NCBI GenBank assembly: GCA_963775795.1
Contig: CAVZKC010000004.1
Location: 820,028 to 884,027, forward strand
Direction of reading: 5' to 3'
DNA length: 64,000 bases
Source of the DNA: an uncultured Actinomycetes bacterium
GTDB taxonomy: Bacteria; Actinomycetota; Acidimicrobiia; IMCC26256; DASPTH01
Below are positions 63,513 through 64,000 of this stretch, piece by piece. Position 1 is the stretch's first letter. Every line of letters begins with the position of its first letter. The position numbers were made by a program, and so were the translations under genes. Below the pieces are notes generated by a model. That model saw only the letters and a program-made list of their open reading frames with translations, ran no database searches and was not told where the DNA came from.

Positions 63513-64000
63513 CCTCCGAGATCGGCGGTGGCCTCGTAGGTGCCTTGCAGGAACTCGAGCACCAGCGCGTCGGGATCGGTCGCCGCCCGCACCGCTTCGT
63601 ACGGGAGGAGGAACTCGCCCAGCTCGGTGTCATAGCGCGCGACGTCGGGGAGCACCACCGCGTCACGGAACCCGTCGGGCTCGGCGTACGCGTACGAGTA
63701 GAACGCGCCCTCGCGGCCCCCACTCGGCCAGAATCCCGCGCTGCTCACCTCGTGCGAGTACGCCTCCTCCATCACGAACGGCCCGCAGTGCGGTGCCTGG
63801 CCCACCCAGCGCGGCGCGCCACGGCCCGAGAAGCGCGTGACCGCGAGGTCCATACCGCCCCAGAAGAAGTGCACGGGACTCACCTTTCCCAACCAGCGCG
63901 CCCGGAACACCTGCATCAGGCGATCCGACTCGACGAGCACGCGCCAGAACCGCTGCACCGCGTCGCCGTCGTACGAGGCGTGCTCGGTGTCGTCGGGGAA
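63482..64000 (-). CDS. DUF5996-family protein (5' partial, continues beyond window)
   Basis: VQRFWRVLVESDRLMQVFRARWLGKVSPVHFFWGGMDLAVTRFSGR...EEAYSHEVSSAGFWP fits the family pattern. Confidence 0.6.
   Translation of the reverse strand, partial: FPDDTEHASYDGDAVQRFWRVLVESDRLMQVFRARWLGKVSPVHFFWGGMDLAVTRFSGRGAPRWVGQAPHCGPFVMEEAYSHEVSSAGFWPSGGREGAFYSYAYAEPDGFRDAVVLPDVARYDTELGEFLLPYEAVRAATDPDALVLEFLQGTYEATADLGGWDRSSLERR

Overview
High-GC, Actinobacteria-like chromosomal window. It is densely coding, and many genes are linked by 1-4 nt start/stop overlaps. All calls come from reading the ORF translations and the DNA by eye; no searches were run.

Left third (1-27 kb), mostly core functions:
- hemD'-hemB-hemL.
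- An 8-gene minus-strand operon for a Rieske/split-cytochrome-b (b6 + subunit IV) quinol oxidoreductase. It has a diheme cytochrome c, a 2x[4Fe-4S] ferredoxin and three unknown membrane proteins.
- A geranylgeranyl (menaquinone-type) reductase and a Fur-family regulator.
- An envelope copper/thiol cluster: zf-HC2 anti-sigma, CopC-CopD, DsbB-like and TlpA-like genes. It is divergent from an ECF sigma, a His-rich exported membrane protein and a Znu-type ABC importer with no binding protein.
- bioA-bioF-bioD and ald.

Middle (about 25.4-40.5 kb), accessory and decaying:
- Gene fragments of a racemase, a Rieske dioxygenase, a CoxL-like oxidoreductase, dgkA and a histidine kinase.
- An excisionase/wHTH module next to a 12-bp tandem repeat.
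- A translationally coupled GT4 / PIG-L deacetylase / MprF-like TM protein / ABC-2 exporter operon with PAP2 genes.
- tRNA-Lys(UUU) flanked on both sides by integrase remnants, and an orphan VapC.

Right part (40.5-64 kb):
- 40.6-44.7 kb holds a head-to-tail triplication of a LivJ-type solute-binding protein gene, with codon-targeted non-synonymous variation.
- Small accessory genes follow: an LTXXQ repeat protein, an alpha/beta-hydrolase-LuxR fusion, a tautomerase, a sulfotransferase, a cupredoxin-like protein and a C2H2 zinc finger.
- A 10-kb operon encodes three nuclease-helicases: a Cas4/Dna2-like nuclease-helicase fusion plus an AdnA/AdnB-like pair.

At least six conserved genes carry apparent single-base frameshifts. 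This is either real gene decay or consensus indel error.
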